Part shown: piece after piece, positions 1 through 12,447 of the stretch | How positions within the stretch are numbered: the stretch's first letter is position 1 | Layout: each line of letters opens with the position of its first letter | From: Schizochytrium sp. TIO01 | Taxonomy: Eukaryota; Protista; Bigyra: Labyrinthulomycetes | Reading direction: 5' to 3' | Length of the DNA stretch: 64,000 nt | NCBI GenBank assembly: GCA_004764695.1 | Contig: SMSO01000032.1 | Coordinates: forward strand, 6,232,483-6,296,482 | The notes under the pieces: model-generated | Seen by the model: only the letters and a program-made list of their open reading frames with translations | Told to the model about the DNA's origin: nothing | The model's database searches: none | Made by a program: the position numbers and the translations under genes

Positions 1-3000
1 TACGTCTCGCGCTTCACGTAATCGGCAAAGCCACGGTATATCATGGAATTTCACATGCTCGTTGCCGTGCCTCAGATGATGCTGATGAACAGTTCAAGTT
101 CTTACACCTCCGAAGCCCAATGGCCTTTTAAAAATGGATCTGTTCCCGAGCAACCATATCTAAAGTTGCGTCATCACACATGCACGTTCACAATGTCTCT
201 GGCATCGAGCTGATCCTGCAATTCTATCGTGCTCCTGCGTAAAACCAGCCTGCCATAAAAGCCATCAAAGTACCCAGGCGTGATCTTCTCCAGCCCTTTT
301 GAGGGGCTTTTCAAGCTCCTCAATTTATAGACAGCCACCTTGCAAGAATCCCGTCTCCAATTCTGCTATCTCGTCGCATTCTTCTGCATCAACCATATTG
401 GCCATGACCGAACCTTTGCCAAGCCACCTCTACCATCGCTAAGAGAACCACTAGCCTAAGCGCCCTTTTGTTATGACCATCTCCCAGAGCTCTAGGACCT
501 CCTACCGGCTGATAGCAGCCCCTAACAGGTAGCCGTAGTTGGCGGGAAGAGAACAATATGCCCGACATTACCCCGCTCGGGGTTCTTCTCGTCCCCGACG
601 CCGCCGGCGACGTCAGCAATCAGTGGCGGAGCTTTATAAGTCGAGGATGCGGCAGAAGGCTCTTTGGAGCTGACTTTGGCCAGGTTTGAAGCGATATTGC
701 CTCAGTTTATAGAAGTTGGATCTTGACACTCCCGCCTTTGGTCACTCAACTTGAAGGTTCAAAGTTCTTCTTAGATGCTCCCTGGAATTCAAAATTGTTT
801 TCTACCTACCTTTATTGCTACGAGTTTGCTACTACTTTATTAATCCAAGTTGGTTTTTACTTTTACTTGTTTACCTTTTTATTAATTAAAAACTATTTTT
901 TTAAATATAAATAAATAATGTTGTATAAATAATGATTTTTTTTATTTTATTTTTTATGAGCGGGAGAAAAAAGGGAGTAATGGTGATCAATATGCGAAGC
1001 TGAAAAGCTTTAGTACTTTTTATTTTCTTTCATTTCAAAATTTAAATGATCGATCATTCTTTTTTTTTTTTTTTTCTTTTTTTCTTTTTTAAATAGCCGC
1101 ATAGAGATGTTTGCACTTCGTTTCTAATTTAAATAGGGAGGAGGCTATCATAGCGAAAACATGTATGACATGGGGAATCAATGACTAAGTAAATAGGCCA
1201 TATGCCGTGAACGAGGTATTTTATTCGATTTAAAAAAAAAAACTCTTTTTTCTCTAAGTTCAGAAGGCAGAGCCATTCAGCGGCTGTGCAAGAAATGATT
1301 ATATTAACAGCTCAATATATAACACTTTGATGTTTAAGAAATTGGTCCCTGAGAGCTCGCTCCGGCTATGCCTAGGTACTCCTAGCACTGCTTTATCCTG
1401 GTCATGGTATTAGACTGACATACAATGTATGATGATAAACCACAGACTATTGGTGATTTATTTATTTTATAGAAGAAAAAGAGTAAAAATAGAGCTACAC
1501 AGACAAGTATCTTTAATAAAATTATAAAAAGAAGGCAAATATATATATATGCTGCTTCTCGTTTTCGTGACCCAGCAATTAAAACCGACTTGTATCTTCT
1601 TCATGTTCTTTGTAAACATGATGTACGTAAATATTACAAAAAATACAGGCAATGGCCCAATTCGGTCCCATGGCATTTGCTGTTCCAGTCAAATGTTTGA
1701 TCGACCACACAAAACGATTGCGAAGATCAAGCGCAAGTATGACAAAATCAAAACTGCCTATAGCTCGCTCATTCTTGAAGCTTATATTGTTAATTCAACT
1801 CGAACGTATTCAGGTATGTAGAAGAGCAGTATTATTTCGCTCCTTCCTTGAGATGCTGAAGGGTTCTCAACTACCTAGTAGTACCTACTACTACCTTTAT
1901 AATTTTCCCCCGCTTCATCTTCTTTCTTGAAATAATGTTTTTCTAAAACAGTTTTCTAAATTTAAATCTGTATATTATTTCTAAATTAGGTTAGGAGTTG
2001 TTTATGTCTAAAGAAACCAATATAATAATTTATTTCTTCATTTTAGAAAAAAATAAAATAAAAAAAAATATATATATAATCGTGGCAGAGGAAGAAGATG
2101 GGTTTTGCACCTTTTTACCTCCCTTCGAACATTCAATGAGAGTAAACTTGAGGTAACATACGGCGTCGTTGCAGAATCCCACGTACGTATGAGAGAAAGC
2201 ACACTCTCAGTCACAGGGTTCAAGTCGCAGCAAAGGCAACCATCGCTTTGATTGAGGCCGCTCCTTGCTGCTTCGCTCTGCTTCGGCTTGGCCAGGAGGC
2301 GACCGTGCTAATGCTGGTGAGTAAGAAGCGAAGTTCTCTATGCAACAGCTTAAAGAACATTAATTTTGAGAACAACAGTGCCTTGAACGAAAGTCTAGTC
2401 TGAGCAATCTACATCTGTAACGAGCTAGCTCTTAAAGAAGCTCAGCACCTTCTTTGCTAGGACTAACCTGGCGCCGGCACGTTTGCAATCAATACCTAGA
2501 ATCTGACACTCGTGCAAAGCTCTTTAAAGAGGTAACTTGTCCTTGTTCTTGAACAAATCAGGCAAGACAAAGGCCACGTGATCTGTTTTAGAATTGGGCA
2601 ATAACGGAATACAGAGAGCTAGCCACCCAGAGGTCTTGCTTGGGTTTAATCTGCTGCGTTGGAGTCTTTACAGCTGATCATTTACTTATACCTGGCATAC
2701 GACGAGAACCAATGAATGGGCGAGCTCAAGTTATCATCATTGTTTACCAGCAACCCTGTTGCATCTTTCGTAGAGTAATCTTTGCAATCAACAGTTGAAC
2801 AGTCAATTATGTCTGTCTACAAACGATTGGTCTCCTTCTGTATTTTGAAGATTGTGCGCAAAAGCATATTAGAAAGAATAAAAGAGTCTACAAGAAGACA
2901 AAATCGACGTTTCAGGCACCACGATGTCGTCGAGCGCAGTCGCTGCCACTTTCTGTTTGCCTTCTATCAATCCTTGTACTTTCGTAAAAAATCCAGTCAA

Positions 3001-4335
3001 GCCAATCTTATTAGTAGAAGCCGATCGAGACACCGCGCTTCTTTGTCCTTAACTTATGGTACTCATTCATAGAATTCATAAGTTCAAAGCTGGAATATAC
3101 GGGGTTCAAGAAAATCACGAAGTTTATCCTTCATTCGCGCCATCACATTCCTTCCACGGGTTCGACTGGCGACGGAAGGTTATCGCCGACTTGTCGTGTA
3201 TTTGTCGGGCGAAACGCGTGGCGGCCATCCATCGCTAAAACTCCATGCCGCCTAGGACCCCGCTATCTTTATGTACAAGAAACTGTTATATTACCTACAT
3301 ATGAGAAACTATAGGACCACAGAAATCGCCAGATTCCTGCAAATGCCCACAGTCTACATGGCGAATTTTTACAGATGGCAAGAGCCTAGTGCAATTGTTA
3401 TGAAAGAAAGCTCTGGCTACTGTCAGATTAAATTGGGATAGGCCTAAGTGCAAAATTAAATTACTAGGTTGTTAATTTAATTATGTTTTTTGATAATCTT
3501 GAACTTTACAAACACCGATTCCATTGAACCTCCTGGAACCTAGTGAAACACGTGCGAGACACTATCGTAGGACTTGACTAACCAAGTTTGCGCATATGAA
3601 ATGCACCCTGACTAGTTGGGGAGCAACCATTCCTTTACGTGTGTAGAAACTCAACTCACCGCAAGCAATTAATTCTCAACCTATTCGCTATAATGTCAAT
3701 ACTTTCTACATTCATTTTGACGCTCTAGTATCCTGTTATATCGAAATCCGCTGTTATGCAGCAAAAGACTAAAATGTGTAGGAGCTAATGATTGGCGCAA
3801 TCTAGAATGACTAGATGATTTTCTCTACGGTTTAAATAGCACTAGATTATGTCATATCAAGCTCTTGAATTCTCAGCCAGTTAGAATTGCATATTACGTA
3901 GTAAAAATGACATAGGGTATTTGTTTTTTTATCATTTCTCCAACCAAGCTCCCTTCTCCATGCATCCACGCTTCCTTTCCTATGGCTGTTATTAATCATA
4001 ACACATTAGTGCCAGACCAATTTAGCATACTTCTACATAGTATGCAGTAAAAGCAAATCATGATCGATAGCTTTAAGTTCTGCCGCAAATAAAAAACACA
4101 AAAAGTTACACTATAAGATATGGGCCTAAAAGACTGGTCAGCCACCTAAAATTTATAGGGTTCCAAATTGCTTCTCAGAAATTATAGCTAAATGGCCACG
4201 CTTCCTGATGTTGTGATGTAAAAAAAAACAAAAACAAAAAAACACTCTATGATAATCCTTTTGACTTACATTATGCAGCAAATTACATATCTATCTTATT
4301 GAAAGGAACTAACGTGGATATTCAAAATAACATTT

Positions 4336-7300
4336 TTACGATGAAGGTGACACTTGGCGGAGTTTGATCTTAGGATGCTTGCTCAGCTTCGGTAAATCTT
4401 CAATCAAAAACCGCTGAACATGCGGAAGGTCTGGAATAACATCCTCTGGCACGAACAATATAAGTTGCCGTGCCCGTGACATTTCAATTTTTAGAGCTCT
4501 AATAGAAGGGCCTACTACGAAGAGATAGCTCAACAAATCGAACACGAAAAACACCAAGCAAAGGATAAGTACAATTCTTTTGTACCAGGCAATTTTAGCG
4601 ATTTGTGCTGCGAACTGAACATCCGTTGCCACTTGCAACAAAACTTGTAGGTAGTCGTCTTCAAATTCGAAGGTTTCTTTGATGTTTGACTGTTCTAACA
4701 ATGCCACAATCCGAGTAGGATCTTCCCATACAGATTCGTCATAAAGGGATTCATCGCTCTCAAGATCCAAGCACATATCCAAGTAGCTTTCGATAGCACT
4801 ATGAAATCCCGTTGTTATGACGCCATTACGAAAGGTTTCACACTCCTCTTTTGTGCGTTCTGCATCAGATGGCCATGATGTGCAGCCGTTTGTTGTGTAA
4901 AAACTTAAAAGTTCGTTTGTTGTACTTGTATCTCCAATAATGCCCTTTAAACCGTACGCTGAGTTACCGTATATCATGTCCTCGTGCGCAGTTTGAAGTT
5001 CCTCAGTTGTTTTGATAATTTCCTCAAGGTTCATTACAAAATCCACCTCCTCTCCTGTGCTAGGAAGAAGCCGAGAGTTTCGAGGCATATCTGAAAATGC
5101 GCCAGTAAGACGTAATCGAAGTTCATAATGCAATTTCCTTGACTTTACCTGACGGTACGTCCCAAAAAAGGCATCGTAAGGATACGAGTTAAATTGCGTT
5201 TTCATGTGGGATACTAGCTGAATCATACCCAAAGAAAAGGACGAAGTGAAAACAAGTAACACACACATTCGCATAATACGTAGCAGTCGCTTGGGGTTCC
5301 TCCGACGCTTTATTTCTAGCTCCCCTCGAAGGCGCTCAATATGAGTTGTCATTGCACGTTTAATTACCGGAGTGTCTGCTGGAAGACGTGTTATACGAGA
5401 TGACTCCCCCATTCCAGCAATCCCACCAATCCCGACGCTTTTCTGGCGTCCGCTTGATTCAAAAAGTGACCTTTTCCGGAATGATATTGCATCGCCTTTG
5501 TTTTCTTCTGACTCATCAATACCCGCAAGGGAGGGAGACCCTCCGTCATCAGAACCCACTCCATCGTCGCTTCTACCATCTCCAACACCGTCGTTTGAGT
5601 GAATTGGCTGAATACCACCATGAATCTCAGTCATTCGTGACGAATACCGCTCTGTAAGCTCTCGAGCGGAGTTACGAGGCATTTGCAAGAACACTTTGAG
5701 AACTCCAAGCTTTGTACGCTCTACTCTCTCATCGTTGCCGAGAAGAGGGTAAAGGCTTACAACGAGCAGAAGAAAACCAAGCGCACCGAGAACGATAGCC
5801 TCAATTGTAAGTTGATGCTCGACCTTTCCCATGCTTATTCTCGCGTATTCTGTGTATTCCTCACTGGTCGTAGCAAGTCCCCATAATGGTGAGTTGGAAA
5901 CATAGTTTAAGTTTGCAACTAGTGGGAAAACTGTGCTCTCAGATACACTGAAGTCTGATAGAGGATACTCCACCGCTTTGATTGCCAAGCTAGACAACTT
6001 GAGAATAGCATCAAACAGTGTATAGTTGGTCTCTTGCAATTCATCGTTCTGTAATTCCAAATAACGAATTGAATTCTCGTCCTCGTATAACGTTTGAAGA
6101 GTCCCACCAACGTCTCCGCGTAACGCGAACATTTGAGCATCAAGATCCTTGAGCTCTGTTGCAGCTTCCGAGAGCATATCACGATAATTCTGCTCATATG
6201 TACTGTTTGTAATATTCATACGGATCAAATCAAGACTTCGAGTGCAAAAGGCAATCGTAACGAGATAGAACTTTCGAAACCCGAGTTCATGTATAAAATC
6301 TAGGTCTGTTTGAAAGTCGTCCAAAACATTTGTAGTGTGGAAGTATTGGTACAATGCCACTGCAGCGACAAAAAGTGATGTCGCGATGTAAAACTTTCTT
6401 ACACGCTCTATCGAGGGGTCATCATCAACTTTAGATTCCTTTATTAGCTCCCGACGAACCTTATGGGCCTTTGCGCGAACCGAGTCGGAGCGGTTTGAGT
6501 AAACACTACTTGCACCATCTCCCTTCCCACCTCCCGTTGGTACAGCGCTAGCGGCTAATGATCGACTCTGTAAGTCCATAGCTCGACGAAGCAATGCCTC
6601 AAGATTTGAATCTGTATCATTAGATTGGTAGTTGAGAGCTTGATCGGCCATGCCAGCATGAAGCTTTTCATCGTAACCATAATCACTTGACTCCTGGCGC
6701 TGAATTTCTATTAAGCGCTGGGAGTTAGAAACACAAACTTTTACAAAGTCCCTACCTAAACAGTGAACTCGCTCAACCACGACTTTCACCTGTGAATTAA
6801 GTATACGTTCAATGTCCTCGTCTTCAAGATCATTTTGGGCAATCAAGTCATCCGAGACCATGACCAAGCAACCAACCGATCCATCAGATGTCTCATCAAG
6901 AATTGCGTCTAGTTTAATCTTGACAGCATCAGCATGGAGTCTATGATCATTCCTATTTTGGAATTTTCGCTTTAGTCGTTTTTTCTTCCCGATCATACTG
7001 GGCTGAGAAGACAGGTCGTCGAGAGTTGGTACGCGATTCTCTTCAATAGACTTTACTGAAGCTCGACACTCAATAATAGCTTCCTCAAGAATGCTACTGT
7101 TCAAAACCAACTCCTTTAGATTACAACCTCGGTCGCCAGAAACTCCGACTGGAGAGCGCCAATATAGCAAAGAGCTTGCTGGATGTCCGCTTAACCACGA
7201 GTGCACCTGTCCTGCAAGACCAAGTACTATCATGGTTTTGGGATCTACCAAAATAAATGATGAAGCTATATTTTCGTGCAAGGTGTGAATTTCGTCACCA

Positions 7301-9465
7301 GTTGATCCTATGTCAGATTTGGGACGACGTACGGGAGTAAAAAGAGCATAAATTTCAAAGTGAAGCCCATCTGAAGCAAAAGGCTTTAGTTTCATGTTCA
7401 CTTCTAATACTTCCCCTGTTGGCGTTCGTAAAAAAGTGTGAATTTTTCTATCAAACCAGGAATCATCACCAAATTCAATAAATCTCTGGACAATGCCATC
7501 CAATCCATTTTTCACAGGATTAAAGCAAAACTCCTGGAAGTGACTCCCAAGCATTGTTTGCGAGGGAGTGTTTAAAAGTTGGCACGCCATCGGGTTTGTT
7601 GATATAATAGCCCCAGTGCCATCTTGGCCATGACGATCAACTGCGCTCATGACAATAATGCCGATCGAGTCTGAGTTAATGTCGTCAAGATTTTCCTCTG
7701 CGTCTTTGGCAGCTTTTCCACGTGTCAAGCGAGCTGCACGGTTCAGAACGGCTAAGCCATTTTGATAGTCGCTACAAACCTCGATCAAAAAGCTCCCAAA
7801 CTTCTCAAGAAATTCTGGGTTTTTTGGAGATAGATGAAGCAGCTTTAAATAAGATTCTCGAGCTCCTGATGAAAGCCGTGCAACATTGAGCGCGAGATTT
7901 CGTACTTTGTAGACATCAGGATTAGCCTGGTGAAGTTCATCCCAAAATTTGACTAGCTCAGCTGTGCATTGTTCATCTAATGCCACGGCCTCCTTCATGT
8001 ACATAGCGCTTTTAACATAGCCTAAGAGGTCCGACGAAGCAGTGAGATTTTCTTCTAGCAACCGTTTAGTTTTATAGATTGCAAAGTGAAGATCGATGTC
8101 TAGACCACGTCTTTCAGCAATGAGAATTGCTCGTCGTACAAGAGGCGTACGATCACAAAGAAAGTCGAGAAGCACGTGTGCATGAAAAACACACAAGGCA
8201 CTCGATGAAGGAAACACCGAAGCTGCATCAATATACCACTTATGAACCCGCATAGCACGGTCGTGTAGTTCATTCGGATCAGCCTTAGAGAGAACCTTAA
8301 AATGTCTATTTTTCCCTACCCCCTGAATCTCTAGCCTACATTTCAACTCGAGTTCAAAGACATTAACGCATTCTTTTGGCCCTTTGTTTACAAGGGATTG
8401 CCTGCGGTATTGTACAATCGCGTGCATCAAAGGAACAACAAGAATGAGCCCTCCATAAAGCGTTGTGGCAGATGTAAGCTCGAATCGTGTATCGTGCTCG
8501 GCACATTCACTTGTGCCGAGGTCTGCCGCATTATCCCCGTAAAACAATCGAACGTGGAGAAATGTGCACGATGCTGTCCATGCAAGAATTCCTGAGAGCA
8601 CAGCACGAACAACTCCTACATCCTGATCAAAGTAAGGCTGGTACCAACAGAATAGGTATGCCAAGACTCCTGAAAATGACATCACGAGGAAAGCCCAGCC
8701 AGTTTTTAGACCCACACTAGGGGATGGCGTTTGCACAATGGAAAAGACCAATGTGAACACAGTTTTAGCCATCAAATGTAACGTTGTGATTCGAGCATGT
8801 GGTCTTGCTGAAGGGGCTAAAGACATTGGTCTTGGATCAAACAAGGTGACTGAAACTAAAAGGGAGATAGAAATGAACACTACCAGAGCAAGCAGCGTGA
8901 TTGGTTGTAATGCTGTGCAAGTCTCTTCACTGTCGATACCTCGGCAAGTGAGAACATTTGCCATCACACCAACAAAGGGGATGAACAAAATGCCCACACA
9001 ACTTGACATCGTATGCCGAAGGACTTGAATTGTCCACAAATATTTGAAGTTTTTACTGGTCCACATGTAACCAACATAAAACAAGTTGAGAAGCTCTAGC
9101 ACCACAACAATAAGGCAAACGAACAGAACTGGAACGACAGTAAATAGTTTGGTTGCTTGGTAGCCAATTTGCATGTGAACGATTGCACGAGCTAGAGCTC
9201 GTACGGAAGAAGGATATGAGAAATCCATAATTTCTGGAGGAGGAAGTACAAATGAAAGCATTTGAAGAAAGTCAACAAACATGAAGAATAAAAAAGAAAC
9301 TCTTGAACGCGATCCTTTTTTGGACATGGCAAAAAGTACACCATTTAGACCTTCTTGCGCTTGTTTGATACCTCGATTGATGACTTCAAGAAGGTTTTCA
9401 TCTTTCAATTGGCGGCCGTCAATGTTTTCAAGCTCGTCAAAGTCTTGGCGCTTTGATTTTTTCAT
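4336..9465 (-). CDS. Multi-pass membrane PAS-domain protein, TmcB/TmcC (tiny macrocysts)-like, paralog 1
   Basis: Intronless 1709-aa ORF. It has an N-terminal block of ~8-9 hydrophobic helices (with RPHAR and WYQPYF motifs) and a helical TPR-like region (FWDELHQ...YLKLLHLSP). A PAS-like segment follows (GIIVMS...IISTNPMACQLL...MLGSHF...FLRTPTGEVLEVNMKL), then two TM-loop-TM modules and a C-terminal ILFVPEDVI motif. This is the typical architecture of the protist TmcB-like family. Confidence 0.8.
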   Translation of the reverse strand: MKKSKRQDFDELENIDGRQLKDENLLEVINRGIKQAQEGLNGVLFAMSKKGSRSRVSFLFFMFVDFLQMLSFVLPPPEIMDFSYPSSVRALARAIVHMQIGYQATKLFTVVPVLFVCLIVVVLELLNLFYVGYMWTSKNFKYLWTIQVLRHTMSSCVGILFIPFVGVMANVLTCRGIDSEETCTALQPITLLALVVFISISLLVSVTLFDPRPMSLAPSARPHARITTLHLMAKTVFTLVFSIVQTPSPSVGLKTGWAFLVMSFSGVLAYLFCWYQPYFDQDVGVVRAVLSGILAWTASCTFLHVRLFYGDNAADLGTSECAEHDTRFELTSATTLYGGLILVVPLMHAIVQYRRQSLVNKGPKECVNVFELELKCRLEIQGVGKNRHFKVLSKADPNELHDRAMRVHKWYIDAASVFPSSSALCVFHAHVLLDFLCDRTPLVRRAILIAERRGLDIDLHFAIYKTKRLLEENLTASSDLLGYVKSAMYMKEAVALDEQCTAELVKFWDELHQANPDVYKVRNLALNVARLSSGARESYLKLLHLSPKNPEFLEKFGSFLIEVCSDYQNGLAVLNRAARLTRGKAAKDAEENLDDINSDSIGIIVMSAVDRHGQDGTGAIISTNPMACQLLNTPSQTMLGSHFQEFCFNPVKNGLDGIVQRFIEFGDDSWFDRKIHTFLRTPTGEVLEVNMKLKPFASDGLHFEIYALFTPVRRPKSDIGSTGDEIHTLHENIASSFILVDPKTMIVLGLAGQVHSWLSGHPASSLLYWRSPVGVSGDRGCNLKELVLNSSILEEAIIECRASVKSIEENRVPTLDDLSSQPSMIGKKKRLKRKFQNRNDHRLHADAVKIKLDAILDETSDGSVGCLVMVSDDLIAQNDLEDEDIERILNSQVKVVVERVHCLGRDFVKVCVSNSQRLIEIQRQESSDYGYDEKLHAGMADQALNYQSNDTDSNLEALLRRAMDLQSRSLAASAVPTGGGKGDGASSVYSNRSDSVRAKAHKVRRELIKESKVDDDPSIERVRKFYIATSLFVAAVALYQYFHTTNVLDDFQTDLDFIHELGFRKFYLVTIAFCTRSLDLIRMNITNSTYEQNYRDMLSEAATELKDLDAQMFALRGDVGGTLQTLYEDENSIRYLELQNDELQETNYTLFDAILKLSSLAIKAVEYPLSDFSVSESTVFPLVANLNYVSNSPLWGLATTSEEYTEYARISMGKVEHQLTIEAIVLGALGFLLLVVSLYPLLGNDERVERTKLGVLKVFLQMPRNSARELTERYSSRMTEIHGGIQPIHSNDGVGDGRSDDGVGSDDGGSPSLAGIDESEENKGDAISFRKRSLFESSGRQKSVGIGGIAGMGESSRITRLPADTPVIKRAMTTHIERLRGELEIKRRRNPKRLLRIMRMCVLLVFTSSFSLGMIQLVSHMKTQFNSYPYDAFFGTYRQVKSRKLHYELRLRLTGAFSDMPRNSRLLPSTGEEVDFVMNLEEIIKTTEELQTAHEDMIYGNSAYGLKGIIGDTSTTNELLSFYTTNGCTSWPSDAERTKEECETFRNGVITTGFHSAIESYLDMCLDLESDESLYDESVWEDPTRIVALLEQSNIKETFEFEDDYLQVLLQVATDVQFAAQIAKIAWYKRIVLILCLVFFVFDLLSYLFVVGPSIRALKIEMSRARQLILFVPEDVIPDLPHVQRFLIEDLPKLSKHPKIKLRQVSPSS

Positions 9466-9531
9466 GTTGATCTCTCTAATAGTATGTTATGACGAACCGT
9501 GATGGTGCTATGCGATTTACAGTTCTAAAAT

Positions 9532-9576
9532 CAGGCAAAGCAGGCAAAGCAGGCAAAGCAGGCAAAGCAGGCAAAG
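9532..9576 (+). repeat. 9-bp tandem repeat (CAGGCAAAG)x5
   Basis: Five perfect copies read directly, ~70 bp upstream of the paralog 1 start codon. Confidence 0.9.
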
Positions 9577-12447
9577 CAACAGCACCAGCCGCCGCTTGGA
9601 ACGCTGCCTCCACCCCTCTGTCTATGCAATTAGTTCACCCCCTTGACAATTCTCCCCGTTGGTCGATAAAACCCACTTCTGCAGATGGAAGGCGGCGCTT
9701 GCGCTAGCTCGCTAGCTCGCAAGCGCAACAATCTTTGTAAGTTGGCGAGCGCCAAGCTTTTGCTTTACCTGATTACATACACTCTTTTCTTATATCAATA
9801 TTTTGAAAGGCGTGAGCCATTAGCCGTCGTGACGAGTATTTTCACTCCTTGGTTTTAGTCTATATTTTCTGATTGTGTACAGCCGTCCAGATACACCATA
9901 CAATTCGTCTGCAGTAAACGAATCAAATGAGCATTCAGCCTTTGAAAGAGAAGAAGGAAACAACAGAAAGCCTTTCTCAAATTGTTATCTTATGTTCTAG
10001 TTGGCTGCAAATCAAAATAAAAGAGCGGAGTCTCCGCTACCTGTATTCCGCATGTACATTCATCCTTTATCTAACACTATTAAATCTGGTTCATGGTCTG
10101 TTTCTTAACGGTACTTTACCCTTTTTCATTTTTGTCTTCATTCTGATTTTCATTTCCACTGCCCAACTTGAAGTGCCTACAAACGCTACAAAGACACGTA
10201 AGGGTATCGATTGTAGGGGAAAACAAGCAAACCATCTCCATTAAACTGCTGCAAGTGACAAATAGCGACCTCTTCACTACTAGCTTTGCTGCGAGAATTG
10301 AAGTTTCAGAATATGTTTTCAATTGAATAACACATTTTACTTATTTATTTTTTAATAACATTGAGACTAGTATAAAAGTTGTCCAGTAAAGAGTATTTAG
10401 AATGGCTAGGACATAAGAGTTTCTACTTCTATATGGATAACCAATTTGATATCTACACTGTAAGCTATGATTAATAAACTACTAGACATCAATCCTTTTA
10501 CAGATTGAAACGCTTTATTTCCCATTAGATTGAGCCTGGTCTGACCTCCTTGTTTAACAAAGTGAAACCCACCTCCGCATCCGTATCCTTGTCTCCGTCC
10601 CAACTGATCACTGATACTGCCTGCGCCAGCGCTGACCCTTTTACCATGTTCTTGGGACCGTAGCATTTGCTCTGATGTCAACTCGTCCATAAGCTTGTTA
10701 GTAATAGTTCTCTTTTATAATGTTATGTTTTATTAGTATTATTTAATTTTTAAAAATTAAAGTACTTTTATGGAGATATAATGTATTTCAAGTTATTTTG
10801 TACGAATTAATGAAAATTAAAATTTAAAACAAAAAAGAAAAAACAGGGGGCTAGTTTTAAAGCAAGAAAATAGAAATGTGCCGATAAGCTTTAAGCATTC
10901 ATGTGGAGCCGTTTAGTTAATTCGACATCGTAACCGTAACTAGTCTACGAAATAGTATCAAATCACTATACCTTACCTTGCATGTAAGTCGCTATGTATA
11001 TACACTATGAGTGAAAATTTCCTAACATGTATGCAGAGGAACTATGATAAATTACCTGGACAGAATTATTTTTTATTTTTTTAAAAATTAAAAATGCCTC
11101 ATAGCCGTTGGAACGCCATGTCACAGGAAAAACTTAAAATCGTGACTTCGGATTTAAAGAACAGATCTAAACCCTTCATCTCTACTTACCACCTTAGACA
11201 TGTGGGGAGATGTATTCACCCTCCTCAGATCATATTATGAAAGAAACCATGCCTCAGGCGACTTCGATCAAATAATATAGATTCATTACAACTTTGCAAA
11301 AGCTATTTTATACTCAAAACCTTTGATTCAAAGAGCTCAAGTTATCGAGCGAAGAAATTATCTATTCTGCCTGGAGCCTTCATGTAGTAACCGTGTTGAG
11401 GCTTGAGAAATTTATAGTGGTGTAGGTTTGTCTTGTAGTAGAGTAAGAAGCAGGAAACGAAGAAACCGTTTGGTTGCTATTAAAATGTAGAATGTATCCG
11501 TGGATCCTCTGCAGGTATGCTCGAAGAGTGCAGAGGCAATTGGGTTTTATGTAGGCTATTAATAAGAAATAATACTTGTTGGCTTTTAAAAATTATCTCT
11601 GTTAGGATTTTTAGTCTATTGAATAATTTGGAAGAAAAAAAGAACTTCCACTTTTCCTCTTATAATGGGTATCGTGATAGTATTTATGTTACCAAACATC
11701 TTGTTTTAATCTGGCATGATTGCATCTCAAATAGCTTCTATGATGTTCATACATTTAATTCTGATAACATTCGATTAGGGTTAATTTGAAACCTTTCTCT
11801 CAATGCTGGTGAGGGGGGTTGCGATGCAATTATAAGAAGAAAAAGAGTTTTTATAAAAGGGCATGCAACCATTTTTTCTTTCTGTCAAAGTTACCGTTGC
11901 AATATAGTTTTATTTTTTAAAAATATTTTTAATGCATTTATTTATATTGACAAAGTGTGCCACTAGATAACGTACACGACTCCAGACTGGACAGCATGTG
12001 AAAGGCACATAGCTTCGAACAACGGTCTTTTGTTTAGCATTAAAGGTAATGGTCAATTCACCTTCCTCGATTTGATTCCTAAAATGCGATGAGGGTGTTA
12101 ATATTGAACTCTTAAATTGCAGTATAAAACATTTGGCCAACTCAAGACGAGTTCAGGTCATCAAAGTACAAACAGGGCGAGTCTTTGCACTGCCCCTGTG
12201 GAGAGGTGCCCCCTTGTGGAGAGGTGGCTCCATTGGCGTGCTGTCAGACGTCACGCCTGGTTGCTCAGGCGCCTCTTTAACACGCAGCCCAGCCTGTGGT
12301 ACTGCAACAGGTCTTTGAAATTCACCTTCGCTGCATTTTCCATCTTGAAGCCCTTCGCTCGCTAGTGAGTGCCCTGTTTACCTTTGATCTATCAATTGAA
12401 CAACAAGACGAACTAGGTTGCTGAGACGGGTTGAGACTTTCTTCAAA

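Noticed and set aside
1-720. Coding-like composition at the window start
   Set aside because: The frames I read are interrupted by stops and no family is recognisable; it cannot be supported without upstream sequence.
2300-3072. Frame with scattered stops that might suggest RIP-like C-to-T decay or an alternative genetic code
   Set aside because: About 10 stops in 160 codons is roughly the random rate, no motif is recognisable, and the real genes here use the standard code.
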